Shown here: positions 37,550-52,500 of the stretch, piece by piece
How positions within the stretch are numbered: position 1 is the first letter of the stretch
Layout: every line of letters begins with the position of its first letter
NCBI GenBank assembly: GCA_964016885.1
Contig: OZ024741.1
Coordinates: 258,354,001 to 258,418,000 of the forward strand
Length of the DNA: 64,000 bases
Source of the DNA: Eledone cirrhosa
Taxonomy: Eukaryota
Reading direction: 5' to 3'
The notes under the pieces: generated by a model
Databases searched by the model: none
Told to the model about the DNA's origin: nothing
The model's input: the letters and a program-made list of their open reading frames with translations, nothing else
Translations under genes and position numbers: made by a program

Positions 37550-40500
37550 TTACGAGTGTTCTGACTTACGAGTGTTTCGACTTACGAGTGTTCTGACTTA
37601 CGAGTGTTCTGACTTACGAGTGTTTCGACTTACGAGTGTTTCGACTTACGAGTGTTTCGACTTACGAGTGTTTCGACTTACGAGTGTTTCGACTTACGAG
37701 TGTTCTGACTTACGAGTGTTCTGACTTACGAATGTTTCGACTTACGAGTGTTTCGTCTTATGAGTGTTTCGACTTACGAGTGTTTCGGCTTACGAGTGTT
37801 TCGACTTACGAGTGTTTCGACTTACGAGTGTTTCGACTTACGGGTGTTTCCACTTACGAGTGTTTCGACTACGAGTGTTTCGACTTACGAGTGTTTCGGC
37901 TTACGAGTGTTTCGACATACGGGTGTTTCGACTTACGGTGTTTCGGCTTACGAGTGTTTCGATACGAGTGTTCTGACTTACGAGTGTTCTGACTTACGAG
38001 TGTTCTGACTTACGAGTGTTCCGACTTTACGAGTGTTTCGGCTCACGAGTGTTTCGGCTTACGAGTGTTTTAATTTACGAGTGTTTTGAATTACGGGTGC
38101 TTCGACTTACGCGTGTTTCGACTTACGAGTGTTTCGACTTACGAGTGTTTCGACTTACGAGTGATTCGACTTACGAATGTTTTGACTTACGGGTGTTTCG
38201 GCTTGCGAGTGTTTCGACTTACGAGTGTTTCGACTTAGGAGTGTTTCGGCTGGCGAGTGTTTCGACTTACGAGTGTTTTGACTTAAGGGTGTTTCGACTT
38301 ACGAGTGTTTCGACTTACGAGTGTTTCGACTTACGAGTGTTTCGGCTTACGAGTGTTTTGACTTAAGGGTGTTTCGACTTACGAGTGTTTCGATACGAGT
38401 GTTTCGACTTACGAGTGTTCTGACTTACGATTGTTCTGACTTACGAGCGTTCTGACTTACGAGTGTTCTGACTTACGAGTGTTTCGGCTTACGAGTGTTT
38501 CGGCTTACGAGTGTTTCGACTTACGAGTGTTTCGACTTACGAGTGTTCCGACTTACGGGTGTTTCGACTTACGAGTGTTTTGGCTTATAGTGTTTCGGCT
38601 TACGAGTGTTTCGAGTTAAGAGTGTTTTGACTTACGCGTGTTTTGACATACGAGTGTTCTGACTTACGAGTGTTCCGACTTTACGAGTGTTTCTGCTCTC
38701 GAGTGTTTCGGCTTACGAGTGTTTCAACTTACGAAAATAACAAATAGACGCGGTTTCAAATCTCTATGCTTTTGAAATTCATTACATTAATCTTTCTTTA
38801 TACGTTTCGCTTTACGAGTGTTTCCACTTACGAGTGTTTCGACATACTCGTGTTTCGACTAACGAGTGTTTCGACTTACGAGTGTTCTGATTTACGGATG
38901 TTTCGACATACGAGTGTTTCGACTTACGAGTGTTTCGACTTACGAGTGTTTTGACTTACGGGTGTTTTGACATACGAGTGTTTCGATACGAGTGTTTCGA
39001 CTTACGAGTGTTCTGACTTACGATTGTTCTGACTTACGAGCGTTCTGACTTACGAGTGTTTCGGCTTACAAGTGATTCGACTTACGAATGTTTTGACTTA
39101 CGGGTGTTTCGGCTTGCGAGTGTTTCGACTTACGAGTGTTTCGGCTTGCGAGTGTTTCGACTTACTAATGATTTTACTTACGAGTGTTTCGGCGTACGTG
39201 TGTTTCGACTTACGAGTGTTTCGACTTACGGGTGTTTTGACTTACGGGTGTTTCGGCTTACGAGTGTTTCGACTTACGAGTGTTTTGACTTAAGGGTGTT
39301 TCGACTTACGAGTGTTTCGACTTACGAGTGTTTCGACTTACGAGTGTTTCGGATTACGAGTGTTTTGACTTGAGGGTTTTCGACTTACGAGTGTTTCGAT
39401 ACGAGTGTTTCGACTTACGAGTGTTCTGACTTACGAGTGTTCTGACTTACGAGTGTTCTGACTTACAAGTGTTCTTACTTACTACTGTTCCGACTTACGA
39501 GTGTTCCGACTTACGAGTGTTTCGGCTTACGAGTGTTTCGGCTTACGAGTGTTTCGACTTACGAGTGTTCCGACTTACGGGTTTTTCGACTTACGAGTGT
39601 TTTGGCTTACGGTGTTTCGGCTTACGAATGTTTCGAGTTACGAGAGTTTTGACTTACGCGTGTTTTGACATACGAGTGTTTCGATACGAGTGTTCTGACT
39701 TACGAGTGTTCTGACTTACGAGTGTTCTGAGTTACGAGTGTTCTGACTTACGAGTGTTCCGACTTTACGAGTGTTTCGGCTCACGAGTGTTTCGGCTTAC
39801 GAGTGTTTCGACTTACGAAAATAACAAATAGACGCGGTTTCAAATCTCTATGCTTTTCAAATTCATTACATTAATCTTTATTCATACGTTTCGCTTTACG
39901 AGTGTTTCGACTTACGAGTGTTTTGATTTACGAGTGTTTTGACTTACGGGTGCTTCGACTTACGCGTGTTTCGACTTACGAGTGTTTCGACTTACGAGTG
40001 TTTCGACTTACGAGTGTTTCGGCTTACGAGTGTTTTGACTTACGAGTGTTTCGGCTGGCGAGTGTTTCGACTTACGAGTGTTATGACTTAAGGGTGTTTC
40101 GACTTACGAGTGTTTCGACTTACGTGTGTTCCGACTTACGAGTGTTTCGGCTATGGGTGTTTCGACTTACGAGTGTTTCGACTTACGAATGTTTTGGCTT
40201 ACGAGTGTTTCGGCTTAGGAGTGTTTCGACTTACGAATGTTTTGGCTTACGAGTGTTTCGGCTTAGGGGTGTTTCGACTTACGAGTGTTTCGATACGAGT
40301 GTTTCGACTTACGAGTGTTTCGGCTTACGAGTGTTTCGACTTACGAGTGTTTCGACTTACGAGTGTTCTGATTTACGGATGTTTCGACATACGAAGGTTT
40401 CGACTTACGAGTGTTTCGACTTACGAGTGTTTTGACTTACGTGTGTTTTGACATACGAGTGTTTCGATACGAGTGTTTCGACTTACGAGTGTTCTGACTT

Positions 40501-43500
40501 ACGATTGTTCTGAATTACGAGCGTTGTGACTTACGAGTTTTTCGGCTTACGAGTGTTTCGGCTTACGAGTGTTTCGACTTACGAGTGTTTCGACTTACGA
40601 GTGTTCCGACTTACGGGTGTTTCGACTTACGAGTGTTTTGGCTTACGGTGTTTCGACTTACGAGTGTTTCGAGTTAAGAGTGTTTTGACTTACGCGTGTT
40701 TTGACATACGAGTGTTCTGACTTACGAGTGTTCTGACTTACGAGTGTTCTGACTTACGAGTGTTCTGACTTACGAGTGTTCCGACTTTACGAGTGTTTCG
40801 GCTCACGAGTGTTTCGGCTTACGAGTGTTTCGACTTACGAAAATAACAAATAGACGCGGTTTCAAATCTCTATGCTTTTAAAATTCATTACATTAATCTT
40901 TATTTATACGTTTCGCTTTACGAGTGTTTCGACTTACGAGTGTTTCGACATACGAGTGTTTCGACTTACGAATGTTTTTGCTTCCGGGTGTTTCGACTTA
41001 CGAATGTTTTTGCTTACGAGTGTTTCGGTTTACGAGAGTTCCGACTTACGAGTGTTCCGACTTACGAGTGTTTCGGCTTACGAGTGTTTCCGGCTTACGA
41101 GTGTTTCGACTTAGGAGTGTTTCGACATACGAATGTTTTGGCTTACGAGTGTTTCGGCTTACGGGTGTTTCGACTTACGAGTGTTTCGACTTACGAGTGT
41201 TTTGACTTACGGTGTTTCGGCTTACGAGTTATTCGACATACGAGTGTTTCGACACACGAGTGTTTTGACTTACGGGGGTTTCGACTTACGGGTGTTTCGA
41301 CTTACGAGTGTTTCGGCTTACGAGTGTTTCGACTTACTAATGTTTTTACTTACGAGTGTTCTGATTTACGGATGTTTCGACATACGAAGGTTTCGACTTA
41401 CGAGTGTTTCGACTTACGAGTGTTTTGACTTACGTGTGTTTTGACATACGAGTGTTTCGATACGAGTGTTTCGACTTACGAGTGTTCTGACTTACGATTG
41501 TTCTGAATTACGAGCGTTCTGACTTACGAGTGTTTCGGCTTACGAGTGTTTCGATTTCGAGTGTTTCGACTTACGATTGTTTCGACTTACGAGTGTTCCG
41601 ACTTACGGGTGTTTCGACTTACGAGTGTTTTGGCTTACGGTGTTTCGACTTACGAGTGTTTCGAGTTAAGAGTGTTTTGACTTACGCGTGTTTTGACATA
41701 CGAGTGTTCTGACTTACGAGTGTTCTGACTTACGAGTGTTCTGACTTACGAGTGTTCTGACTTACGAGTGTTCCGACTTTACGAGTGTTTCGGCTCACGA
41801 GTGTTTCGGCTTACGAGTGTTTCGACTTACGAAAATAACAAATAGACGCGGTTTCAAATCTCTATGCTTTTAAAATTCATTACATTAATCTTTATTTATA
41901 CGTTTCGCTTTACGAGTGTTTCGACTTACGTGTGTTTCGACATACGAGTGTTTCGACTTACGAATGTTTTTGCTTCCGGGTGTTTCGACTTACGAATGTT
42001 TTTGCTTACGAGTGTTTCGGTTTACGAGAGTTCCGACTTACGAGTGTTCCGACTTACGAGTGTTTCGGCTTACGAGTGTTTCCGGCTTACGAGTGTTTCG
42101 ACTTAGGAGTGTTTCGACATACGAATGTTTTGGCTTACGAGTGTTTCGGCTTACGGGTGTTTCGACTTACGAGTGTTTCGACTTACGAGTGTTTTGACTT
42201 ACGGTGTTTCGGCTTACGAGTTATTCGACATACGAGTGTTTCGACACACGAGTGTTTTGACTTACGGGGGTTTCGACTTACGGGTGTTTCGACTTACGAG
42301 TGTTTCGGCTTACGAGTGTTTCGACTTACTAATGTTTTTACTTACGAGTGTTTCGGTGTACGAGTGTTTCGACTTAAGGATGTTTCGACTTACGAGTGTT
42401 TCGACTTACGAGTGTTTCGGCTTACGTGAGTTTCGACTTAAGGGTGTTTTGACTTACGCGTGTTGTGAATTACGAGTGTTCCGATTTACGAGAGTTTTGA
42501 CTTACGGTGTTTCGGCTTACGAGTTATTCGACTTACGAATGTTTTGACTTACGGGTGTTTTGGCTTGCGAGTGTTTCGACTTACGAGTGTTTCGGCTTAT
42601 CAGTGTTTCGACTTACTAATGTTTTTACTTACGAGTGTTTCGGCGTACGAGTGTTTTGACTTACGAGTGTTTCGACTTACGGGTGTTTCGGCTTACGAGT
42701 CTTTCGACTTACGAGTGTTTCGGCTGGCAAGTGTTTCGACTTACGAGTGTTTTGACTTACGAGTGTTTCGACTTACGAGTGTTTCGGCTTACGAGTGTTT
42801 TGACTTAAGGGTGTTTCGAATTACGAGTGTTTCGATACGAGTGTTTCGACTTACGAGTGTTCTGACTTACGAGTGTTCCGACTTACGAGTGTCTCGGCTT
42901 ACGAGTGTTTCGGCTTACGAGTGTTTCGACTTACGAGTGTTTCGACTTACGAGTGTTCCGACTTACGGGTGTTTCGACTTACGAGTGTTTTGGCTTACGG
43001 TGTTTCGACTTACGAGTGTTTTGGCTTACGAGTGTTTTTTTACTTAAGGGTGTTTCGACTTACGAGTGTTTCGATACGAGTGTTTCGATTTACGAGTGTT
43101 TCGGCTTACGAGTGTTTCGACTTACGAGTGTTTCGACTTACGAGTGTTCTGATTTACGGATGTTTCGACATACGAGTGTTTCGACTTACGAGTGTTTCGA
43201 CTTACGAGTGTTTTGACTTACGGGTGTTTTGACATACGAGTGTTTCGATACGAGTGTTTCGACTTACGAGTGTTCTGACTTACGATTGTTCTGACTTACG
43301 AGCGTTCTGACTTACGAGTGTTTCGGCTTACAAGTGATTCGACTTACGAATGTTTTAACTTACGGGTGTTTCGGCTTGCGAGTGTTTCGACTTACGAGTG
43401 TTTCGGCTTGCGAGTGTTTCGACTTACTAATGATTTTACTAACGAGTCTTTCGGCGTACGAGTGTTTCGACTTACGAGTGTTTCGACTTACGGGTGTTTT

Positions 43501-46500
43501 GACTTACGGGTGTTTCGGCTTATGAGTGTTTCGACTTACGAGTGTTTCGGATTACGAGTGTTTTGACTTGAGGGTTTTCGACTTACGAGTGTTTCGATAC
43601 GAGTGTTTCGACTTACGAGTGTTCTGACTTACGAGTGTTCTGACTTACGAGTGTTCTGACTTACAAGTGTTCTTACTTACGACTGTTTCGACTTACGAGT
43701 GTTCCGACTTACGAGTGTTTCGGCTTACGAGTGTTTCGACTTACGAGTGTTTCGACTTACGAGTGTTCCGACTTACGGGTGTTTCGACTTACGAGTGTTT
43801 TGGCTTACGGTGTTTCGGCTTACGAGTGTTTCGAGTTACGAGAGTTTTGACTTACGCGTGTTTTGACATACGAGTGTTTCGATACGAGTGTTCTGACTTA
43901 CGAGTGTTCTGACTTACGAGTGTTCTGAGTTACGAGTGTTCTGACTTACGAGTGTTCCGACTTTACGAGTGTTTCGGCTCACGAGTGTTTCGGCTTACGA
44001 GTGTTTCGACTTACGAAAATAACAAATAGACGCGGTTTCAAATCTCTATGCTTTTCAAATTCATTACATTAATCTTTATTCATACGTTTCGCTTTACGAG
44101 TGTTTCGACTTACGAGTGTTTCGACATACGAGTGTTTCGGCTTACGAGTGTTTTGATTTACGAGTGTTTTGACTTACGGGTGCTTCGACTTACGCGTGTT
44201 TCGACTTACGAGTGTTTCGACTTACGAGTGTTTCGACTTACGAGTGTTTCGGCTTACGAGTGTTTTGACTTACGAGTGTTTCGGCTGGCGAGTGTTTCGA
44301 CTTACGAGTGTTTTGACTTAAGGGTGTTTCGACTTACGAGTGTTTCGACTTACGAGTGTTTCGACTTACGAGTGTTTCGGCTTACGAGTGTTTTGACTTA
44401 AGGGTGTTTCGACTTACGAGTGTTTCGATACGAGTGTTTCGACTTACGAGTGTTCTGACTTACGAGTGTTCCGACTTACGAGTGTCTCGACTTACGAGTG
44501 TTTCGGCTTACGAGTGTTTCGACTTACGAGTGTTTCGACTTACGAGTGTTCTGATTTACGGATGTTTCGACATACGAGTGTTTCGACTTACGAGTGTTTC
44601 GACTTACGAGTGTTTTGACTTACGTGTGTTTTGACATACGAGTGTTTCGATACGAGTGTTTCGACTTACGAGTGTTCTGACTTACGATTGTTCTGACTTA
44701 CGAGCGTTCTGACTTTCGAGTGTTTCGGCTTACGAGTGTTTCGGCTTACGAGTGTTTCGACTTACGAGTGTTTCGACTTACGAGTGTTCCGACTTACGGG
44801 TGTTTCGACTTACGAGTGTTTTGGCTTACGGTGTTTCGACTTACGAGTGTTTCGAGTTAAGAGTGTTTTGACTTACGCGTGTTTTGACATACGAGTGTTC
44901 TGACTTACGAGTGTTCTGACTTACGAGTGTTCTGACTTACGAGTGTTCTGACTTACGAGTGTTCCGACTTTACGAGTGTTTCGGCTCACGAGTGTTTCGG
45001 CTTACGAGTGTTTCGACTTACGAAAATAACAAATAGACGCGGTTTCAAATCTCTATGCTTTTAAAATTCATTACATTAATCTTTATTTATACGTTTCGCT
45101 TTACGAGTGTTTCGACTTACGAGTGTTTCGACATACGAGTGCTTCGACTTACGAATGTTTTTGCTTACGGGTGTTTCGACTTACGAATGTTTTTGCTTAC
45201 GAGTGTTTCGGTTTACGAGTGTTCCGACTTACGAGTGTTCCGACTTACGAGTGTTTCGGCTTACGAGTGTTTCCGGCTTACGAGTGTTTCGACTTACGAG
45301 TGTTTCGACTTACGAGTGTTTTGACTTACGGTGTTTCGGCTTACGAGTGATTAGACTTACGAGTGTTTTGACTTACGGGTGTTTTGACTTACGGGTGTTG
45401 TGAATTACGAGTGTTCCGATTTACGAGTGTTTTGACTTACGGTGTTTCGGCTTACAAGTGATTCGACTTACGAATGTTTTGACTTACGGGTGTTTCGGCT
45501 TGCGTGTGTTTCGACTTACGAGTGTTTCGGCTTATGAGTGTTTCGACTTACTAATGTTTTTACTTACGAGTGTTTCGGCGTACGAGTGTTTTGACTTACG
45601 AGTGTTTCGACTTACGAGTGTTTTGACGTACGAATGTTTTGACTTACGGGTGTTTCGGCTTACGAGTGTTTCGACTTACGAGTGTTTCGGCTTGCGAGTG
45701 TTTCGACTTACTAATGTTTTTACTTACGAGTGTTTCGGCGTACGAGTGTTTCGACTTACAAGTGTTTCGACTTAAGGGTGTTTCGACTTACGAGTGTTTT
45801 GGCTTACGGTGTTTCGACTTACGAGTGTGTTGGCTTACGAGTGTTTTGACTTAAGGGTGTTTCGACTTACGAGTGTTTCGATACGAGTGTTTCGATTTAC
45901 GAGTGTTTCGGCTTACGAGTGTTTCGACTTACGAGTGTTTCGACTTACGAGTGTTTTGACTTACGGGTGTTTTGACATACGAGTGTTTCGATACGAGTGT
46001 TTCGACTTACGAGTGTTCTGACTTACGATTGTTCTGACTTACGAGCGTTCTGACTTACGAGTGTTTCGGCTTACAAGTGATTCGACTTACGAATGTTTTA
46101 ACTTACGGGTGTTTCGGCTTGCGAGTGTTTCGACTTACGAGTGTTTCGGCTTGCGAGTGTTTCGACTTACTAATGATTTTACTTACGAGTCTTTCGGCGT
46201 ACGAGTGTTTCGATTTACGAGTGTTTCGACTTACGGGTGTTTTGACTTACGGGTGTTTCGGCTTACGAGTGTTTCGACTTACGAGTGTTTCGACTTACGA
46301 GTGTTTCGGATTACGAGTGTTCTGACTTACGAGTGTTCTGACTTACGAGTGTTTTGACTTACGGTGTTTCGGCTTACAAGTGATTCGACTTACGAATGTT
46401 TTGACTTACGGGTGTTTCGGCTTGCGAGTGTTTCGACTTACGAGTGTTTCGGCTTATGAGTGTTTCGACTTACTAATGTTTTTACTTACGAGTGTTTCGG

Positions 46501-49500
46501 CGTACGAGTGTTTTGACTTACGAGTGTTTCGACTTACGGGTGTTTCGGCTTACGAGTCTTTCGACTTACGAGTGTTTCGACTTACGAGTGTTTCGGATTA
46601 CGAGTGTTCTGACTTACGAGTGTTCTGACTTACGAGTGTTCTGACTTACGAGTGTTTCGACTTACGAGTGTTTCGACTTACGAGTGTTTCGACTTACGAG
46701 TGTTTCGACTTACGAGTGTTTCGACTTACGAGTGTTCTGACTTACGAGTGTTCTGACTTACGAATGTTTCGACTTACGAGTGTTTCGGCTTATGAGTGTT
46801 TCGACTTACGAGTGTTTCGGCTTACGAGTGTTTCGACTTACGAGTGTTTCGATTTACGAGTGTTTCGACTTACGGGTGTTTCCACTTACGAGTGTTTCGA
46901 CTACGAGTGTTTCGACTTACGAGTGTTTCGGCTTACGAGTGTTTCGACATACGGGTGTTTCGACTTACGGTGTTTCGGCTTACGAGTGTTTCGATACGAG
47001 TGTTCTGACTTACGAGTGTTCTGACTTACGAGTGTTCTGACTTACGAGTGTTCCGACTTTACGAGTGTTTCGGCTCACGAGTGTTTCGGCTTACGAGTGT
47101 TTTAATTTACGAGTGTTTTGAATTACGGGTGCTTCGACTTACGCGTGTTTCGACTTACGAGTGTTTCGACTTACGAGTGTTTCGACTTACGAGTGATTCG
47201 ACTTACGAATGTTTTGACTTACGGGTGTTTCGGCTTGCGAGTGTTTCGACTTACGAGTGTTTCGACTTAGGAGTGTTTCGGCTGGCGAGTGTTTCGACTT
47301 ACGAGTGTTTTGACTTAAGGGTGTTTCGACTTACGAGTGTTTCGACTTACGAGTGTTTCGACTTACGAGTGTTTCGGCTTACGAGTGTTTTGACTTAAGG
47401 GTGTTTCGACTTACGAGTGTTTCGATACGAGTGTTTCGACTTACGAGTGTTCTGACTTACGATTGTTCTGACTTACGAGCGTTCTGACTTACGAGTGTTC
47501 TGACTTACGAGTGTTTCGGCATACGAGTGTTTCGGCTTACGAGTGTTTCGACTTACGAGTGTTTCGACTTACGAGTGTTCCGACTTACGGGTGTTTCGAC
47601 TTACGAGTGTTTTGGCTTATAGTGTTTCGGCTTACGAGTGTTTCGAGTTAAGAGTGTTTTGACTTATGCGTGTTTTGACATACGAGTGTTCTGACTTACG
47701 AGTGTTCCGACTTTACGAGTGTTTCTGCTCTCGAGTGTTTCGGCTTACGAGTGTTTCAACTTACGAAAATAACAAATAGACGCGGTTTCAAATCTCTATG
47801 CTTTTGAAATTCATTACATTAATCTTTCTTTATACGTTTCGCTTTACGAGTGTTTCCACTTACGAGTGTTTCGACATACGAGTGTTTCGACTTACGAGTG
47901 TTTCGACTTACGAGTGTTCTGATTTACGGATGTTTCGACATACGAGTGTTTCGACTTACGAGTGTTTCGACTTACGAGTGTTTTGACTTACGGGTGTTTT
48001 GACATACGAGTGTTTCGATACGAGTGTTTCGACTTACGAGTGTTCTGACTTACGATTGTTCTGACTTACGAGCGTTCTGACTTACGAGTGTTTCGGCTTA
48101 CAAGTGATTCGACTTACGAATGTTTTGACTTACGGGTGTTTCGGCTTGCGAGTGTTTCGACTTACGAGTGTTTCGGCTTGCGAGTGTTTCGACTTACTAA
48201 TGATTTTACTTACGAGTGTTTCGGCGTACGTGTGTTTCGACTTACGAGTGTTTCGACTTACGGGTGTTTTGACTTACGGGTGTTTCGGCTTACGAGTGTT
48301 TCGACTTACGAGTGTTTTGACTTAAGGGTGTTTCGACTTACGAGTGTTTCGACTTACGAGTGTTTCGACTTACGAGTGTTTCGGATTACGAGTGTTTTGA
48401 CTTGAGGGTTTTCGACTTACGAGTGTTTCGATACGAGTGTTTCGACTTACGAGTGTTCTGACTTACGAGTGTTCTGACTTACGAGTGTTCTGACTTACAA
48501 GTGTTCTTACTTACTACTGTTCCGACTTACGAGTGTTCCGACTTACGAGTGTTTCGGCTTACGAGTGTTTCGGCTTACGAGTGTTTCGACTTACGAGTGT
48601 TCCGACTTACGGGTGTTTCGACTTACGAGTGTTTTGGCTTACGGTGTTTCGGCTTACGAATGTTTCGAGTTACGAGAGTTTTGACTTACGCGTGTTTTGA
48701 CATACGAGTGTTTCGATACGAGTGTTCTGACTTACGAGTGTTCTGACTTACGAGTGTTCTGAGTTACGAGTGTTCTGACTTACGAGTGTTCCGACTTTAC
48801 GAGTGTTTCGGCTCACGAGTGTTTCGGCTTACGAGTGTTTCGACTTACGAAAATAACAAATAGACGCGGTTTCAAATCTCTATGCTTTTCAAATTCATTA
48901 CATTAATCTTTATTCATACGTTTCGCTTTACGAGTGTTTCGACTTACGAGTGTTTCGACATACGAGTGTTTCGGCTTACGAGTGTTTTGATTTACGAGTG
49001 TTTTGACTTACGGGTGCTTCGACTTACGCGTGTTTCGACTTACGAGTGTTTCGACTTACGAGTGTTTCGACTTACGAGTGTTTCGGCTTACGAGTGTTTT
49101 GACTTACGAGTGTTTCGGCTGGCGAGTGTTTCGACTTACGAGTGTTATGACTTAAGGGTGTTTCGACTTACGAGTGTTTCGACTTACGTGTGTTCCGACT
49201 TACGAGTGTTTCGGCTATGGGTGTTTCGACTTACGAGTGTTTCGACTTACGAATGTTTTGGCTTACGAGTGTTTCGGCTTAGGAGTGTTTCGACTTACGA
49301 ATGTTTTGGCTTACGAGTGTTTCGGCTTAGGGGTGTTTCGACTTACGAGTGTTTCGATACGAGTGTTTCGACTTACGAGTGTTTCGGCTTACGAGTGTTT
49401 CGACTTACGAGTGTTTCGACTTACGAGTGTTCTGATTTACGGATGTTTCGACATACGAAGGTTTCGACTTACGAGTGTTTCGACTTACGAGTGTTTTGAC

Positions 49501-52500
49501 TTACGATTGTTCTGAATTACGAGCGTTCTGACTTACGAGTGTTTCGGCTTACGAGTGTTTCGGCTTACGAGTGTTTCGACTTACGAGTGTTTCGACTTAC
49601 GAGTGTTCCGACTTACGGGTGTTTCGACTTACGAGTGTTTTGGCTTACGGTGTTTCGACTTACGAGTGTTTCGAGTTAAGAGTGTTTTGACTTACGCGTG
49701 TTTTGACATACGAGTGTTCTGACTTACGAGTGTTCTGACTTACGAGTGTTCTGACTTACGAGTGTTCTGACTTACGAGTGTTCCGACTTTACGAGTGTTT
49801 CGGCTCACGAGTGTTTCGGCTTACGAGTGTTTCGACTTACGAAAATAACAAATAGACGCGGTTTCAAATCTCTATGCTTTTAAAATTCATTACATTAATC
49901 TTTATTTATACGTTTCGCTTTACGAGTGTTTCGACTTACGAGTGTTTCGACATACGAGTGTTTCGACTTACGAATGTTTTTGCTTCCGGGTGTTTCGACT
50001 TACGAATGTTTTTGCTTACGAGTGTTTCGGTTTACGAGAGTTCCGACTTACGAGTGTTCCGACTTACGAGTGTTTCGGCTTACGAGTGTTTCCGGCTTAC
50101 GAGTGTTTCGACTTAGGAGTGTTTCGACATACGAATGTTTTGGCTTACGAGTGTTTCGGCTTACGGGTGTTTCGACTTACGAGTGTTTCGACTTACGAGT
50201 GTTTTGACTTACGGTGTTTCGGCTTACGAGTTATTCGACATACGAGTGTTTCGACACACGAGTGTTTTGACTTACGGGGGTTTCGACTTACGGGTGTTTC
50301 GACTTACGAGTGTTTCGGCTTACGAGTGTTTCGACTTACTAATGTTTTTACTTACGAGTGTTCTGATTTACGGATGTTTCGACATACGAAGGTTTCGACT
50401 TACGAGTGTTTCGACTTACGAGTGTTTTGACTTACGTGTGTTTTGACATACGAGTGTTTCGATACGAGTGTTTCGACTTACGAGTGTTCTGACTTACGAT
50501 TGTTCTGAATTACGAGCGTTCTGACTTACGAGTGTTTCGGCTTACGAGTGTTTCGATTTCGAGTGTTTCGACTTACGATTGTTTCGACTTACGAGTGTTC
50601 CGACTTACGGGTGTTTCGACTTACGAGTGTTTTGGCTTACGGTGTTTCGACTTACGAGTGTTTCGAGTTAAGAGTGTTTTGACTTACGCGTGTTTTGACA
50701 TACGAGTGTTCTGACTTACGAGTGTTCTGACTTACGAGTGTTCTGACTTACGAGTGTTCTGACTTACGAGTGTTCCGACTTTACGAGTGTTTCGGCTCAC
50801 GAGTGTTTCGGCTTACGAGTGTTTCGACTTACGAAAATAACAAATAGACGCGGTTTCAAATCTCTATGCTTTTAAAATTCATTACATTAATCTTTATTTA
50901 TACGTTTCGCTTTACGAGTGTTTCGACTTACGTGTGTTTCGACATACGAGTGTTTCGACTTACGAATGTTTTTGCTTCCGGGTGTTTCGACTTACGAATG
51001 TTTTTGCTTACGAGTGTTTCGGTTTACGAGAGTTCCGACTTACGAGTGTTCCGACTTACGAGTGTTTCGGCTTACGAGTGTTTCCGGCTTACGAGTGTTT
51101 CGACTTAGGAGTGTTTCGACATACGAATGTTTTGGCTTACGAGTGTTTCGGCTTACGGGTGTTTCGACTTACGAGTGTTTCGACTTACGAGTGTTTTGAC
51201 TTACGGTGTTTCGGCTTACGAGTTATTCGACATACGAGTGTTTCGACACACGAGTGTTTTGACTTACGGGGGTTTCGACTTACGGGTGTTTCGACTTACG
51301 AGTGTTTCGGCTTACGAGTGTTTCGACTTACTAATGTTTTTACTTACGAGTGTTTCGGTGTACGAGTGTTTCGACTTAAGGATGTTTCGACTTACGAGTG
51401 TTTCGACTTACGAGTGTTTCGGCTTACGTGAGTTTCGACTTAAGGGTGTTTTGACTTACGCGTGTTGTGAATTACGAGTGTTCCGATTTACGAGAGTTTT
51501 GACTTACGGTGTTTCGGCTTACGAGTTATTCGACTTACGAATGTTTTGACTTACGGGTGTTTTGGCTTGCGAGTGTTTCGACTTACGAGTGTTTCGGCTT
51601 ATCAGTGTTTCGACTTACTAATGTTTTTACTTACGAGTGTTTCGGCGTACGAGTGTTTTGACTTACGAGTGTTTCGACTTACGGGTGTTTCGGCTTACGA
51701 GTCTTTCGACTTACGAGTGTTTCGGCTGGCAAGTGTTTCGACTTACGAGTGTTTTGACTTACGAGTGTTTCGACTTACGAGTGTTTCGGCTTACGAGTGT
51801 TTTGACTTAAGGGTGTTTCGAATTACGAGTGTTTCGATACGAGTGTTTCGACTTACGAGTGTTCTGACTTACGAGTGTTCCGACTTACGAGTGTCTCGGC
51901 TTACGAGTGTTTCGGCTTACGAGTGTTTCGACTTACGAGTGTTTCGACTTACGAGTGTTCCGACTTACGGGTGTTTCGACTTACGAGTGTTTTGGCTTAC
52001 GGTGTTTCGACTTACGAGTGTTTTGGCTTACGAGTGTTTTTTTACTTAAGGGTGTTTCGACTTACGAGTGTTTCGATACGAGTGTTTCGATTTACGAGTG
52101 TTTCGGCTTACGAGTGTTTCGACTTACGAGTGTTTCGACTTACGAGTGTTCTGATTTACGGATGTTTCGACATACGAGTGTTTCGACTTACGAGTGTTTC
52201 GACTTACGAGTGTTTTGACTTACGGGTGTTTTGACATACGAGTGTTTCGATACGAGTGTTTCGACTTACGAGTGTTCTGACTTACGATTGTTCTGACTTA
52301 CGAGCGTTCTGACTTACGAGTGTTTCGGCTTACAAGTGATTCGACTTACGAATGTTTTAACTTACGGGTGTTTCGGCTTGCGAGTGTTTCGACTTACGAG
52401 TGTTTCGGCTTGCGAGTGTTTCGACTTACTAATGATTTTACTTACGAGTCTTTCGGCGTACGAGTGTTTCGACTTACGAGTGTTTCGACTTACGGGTGTT

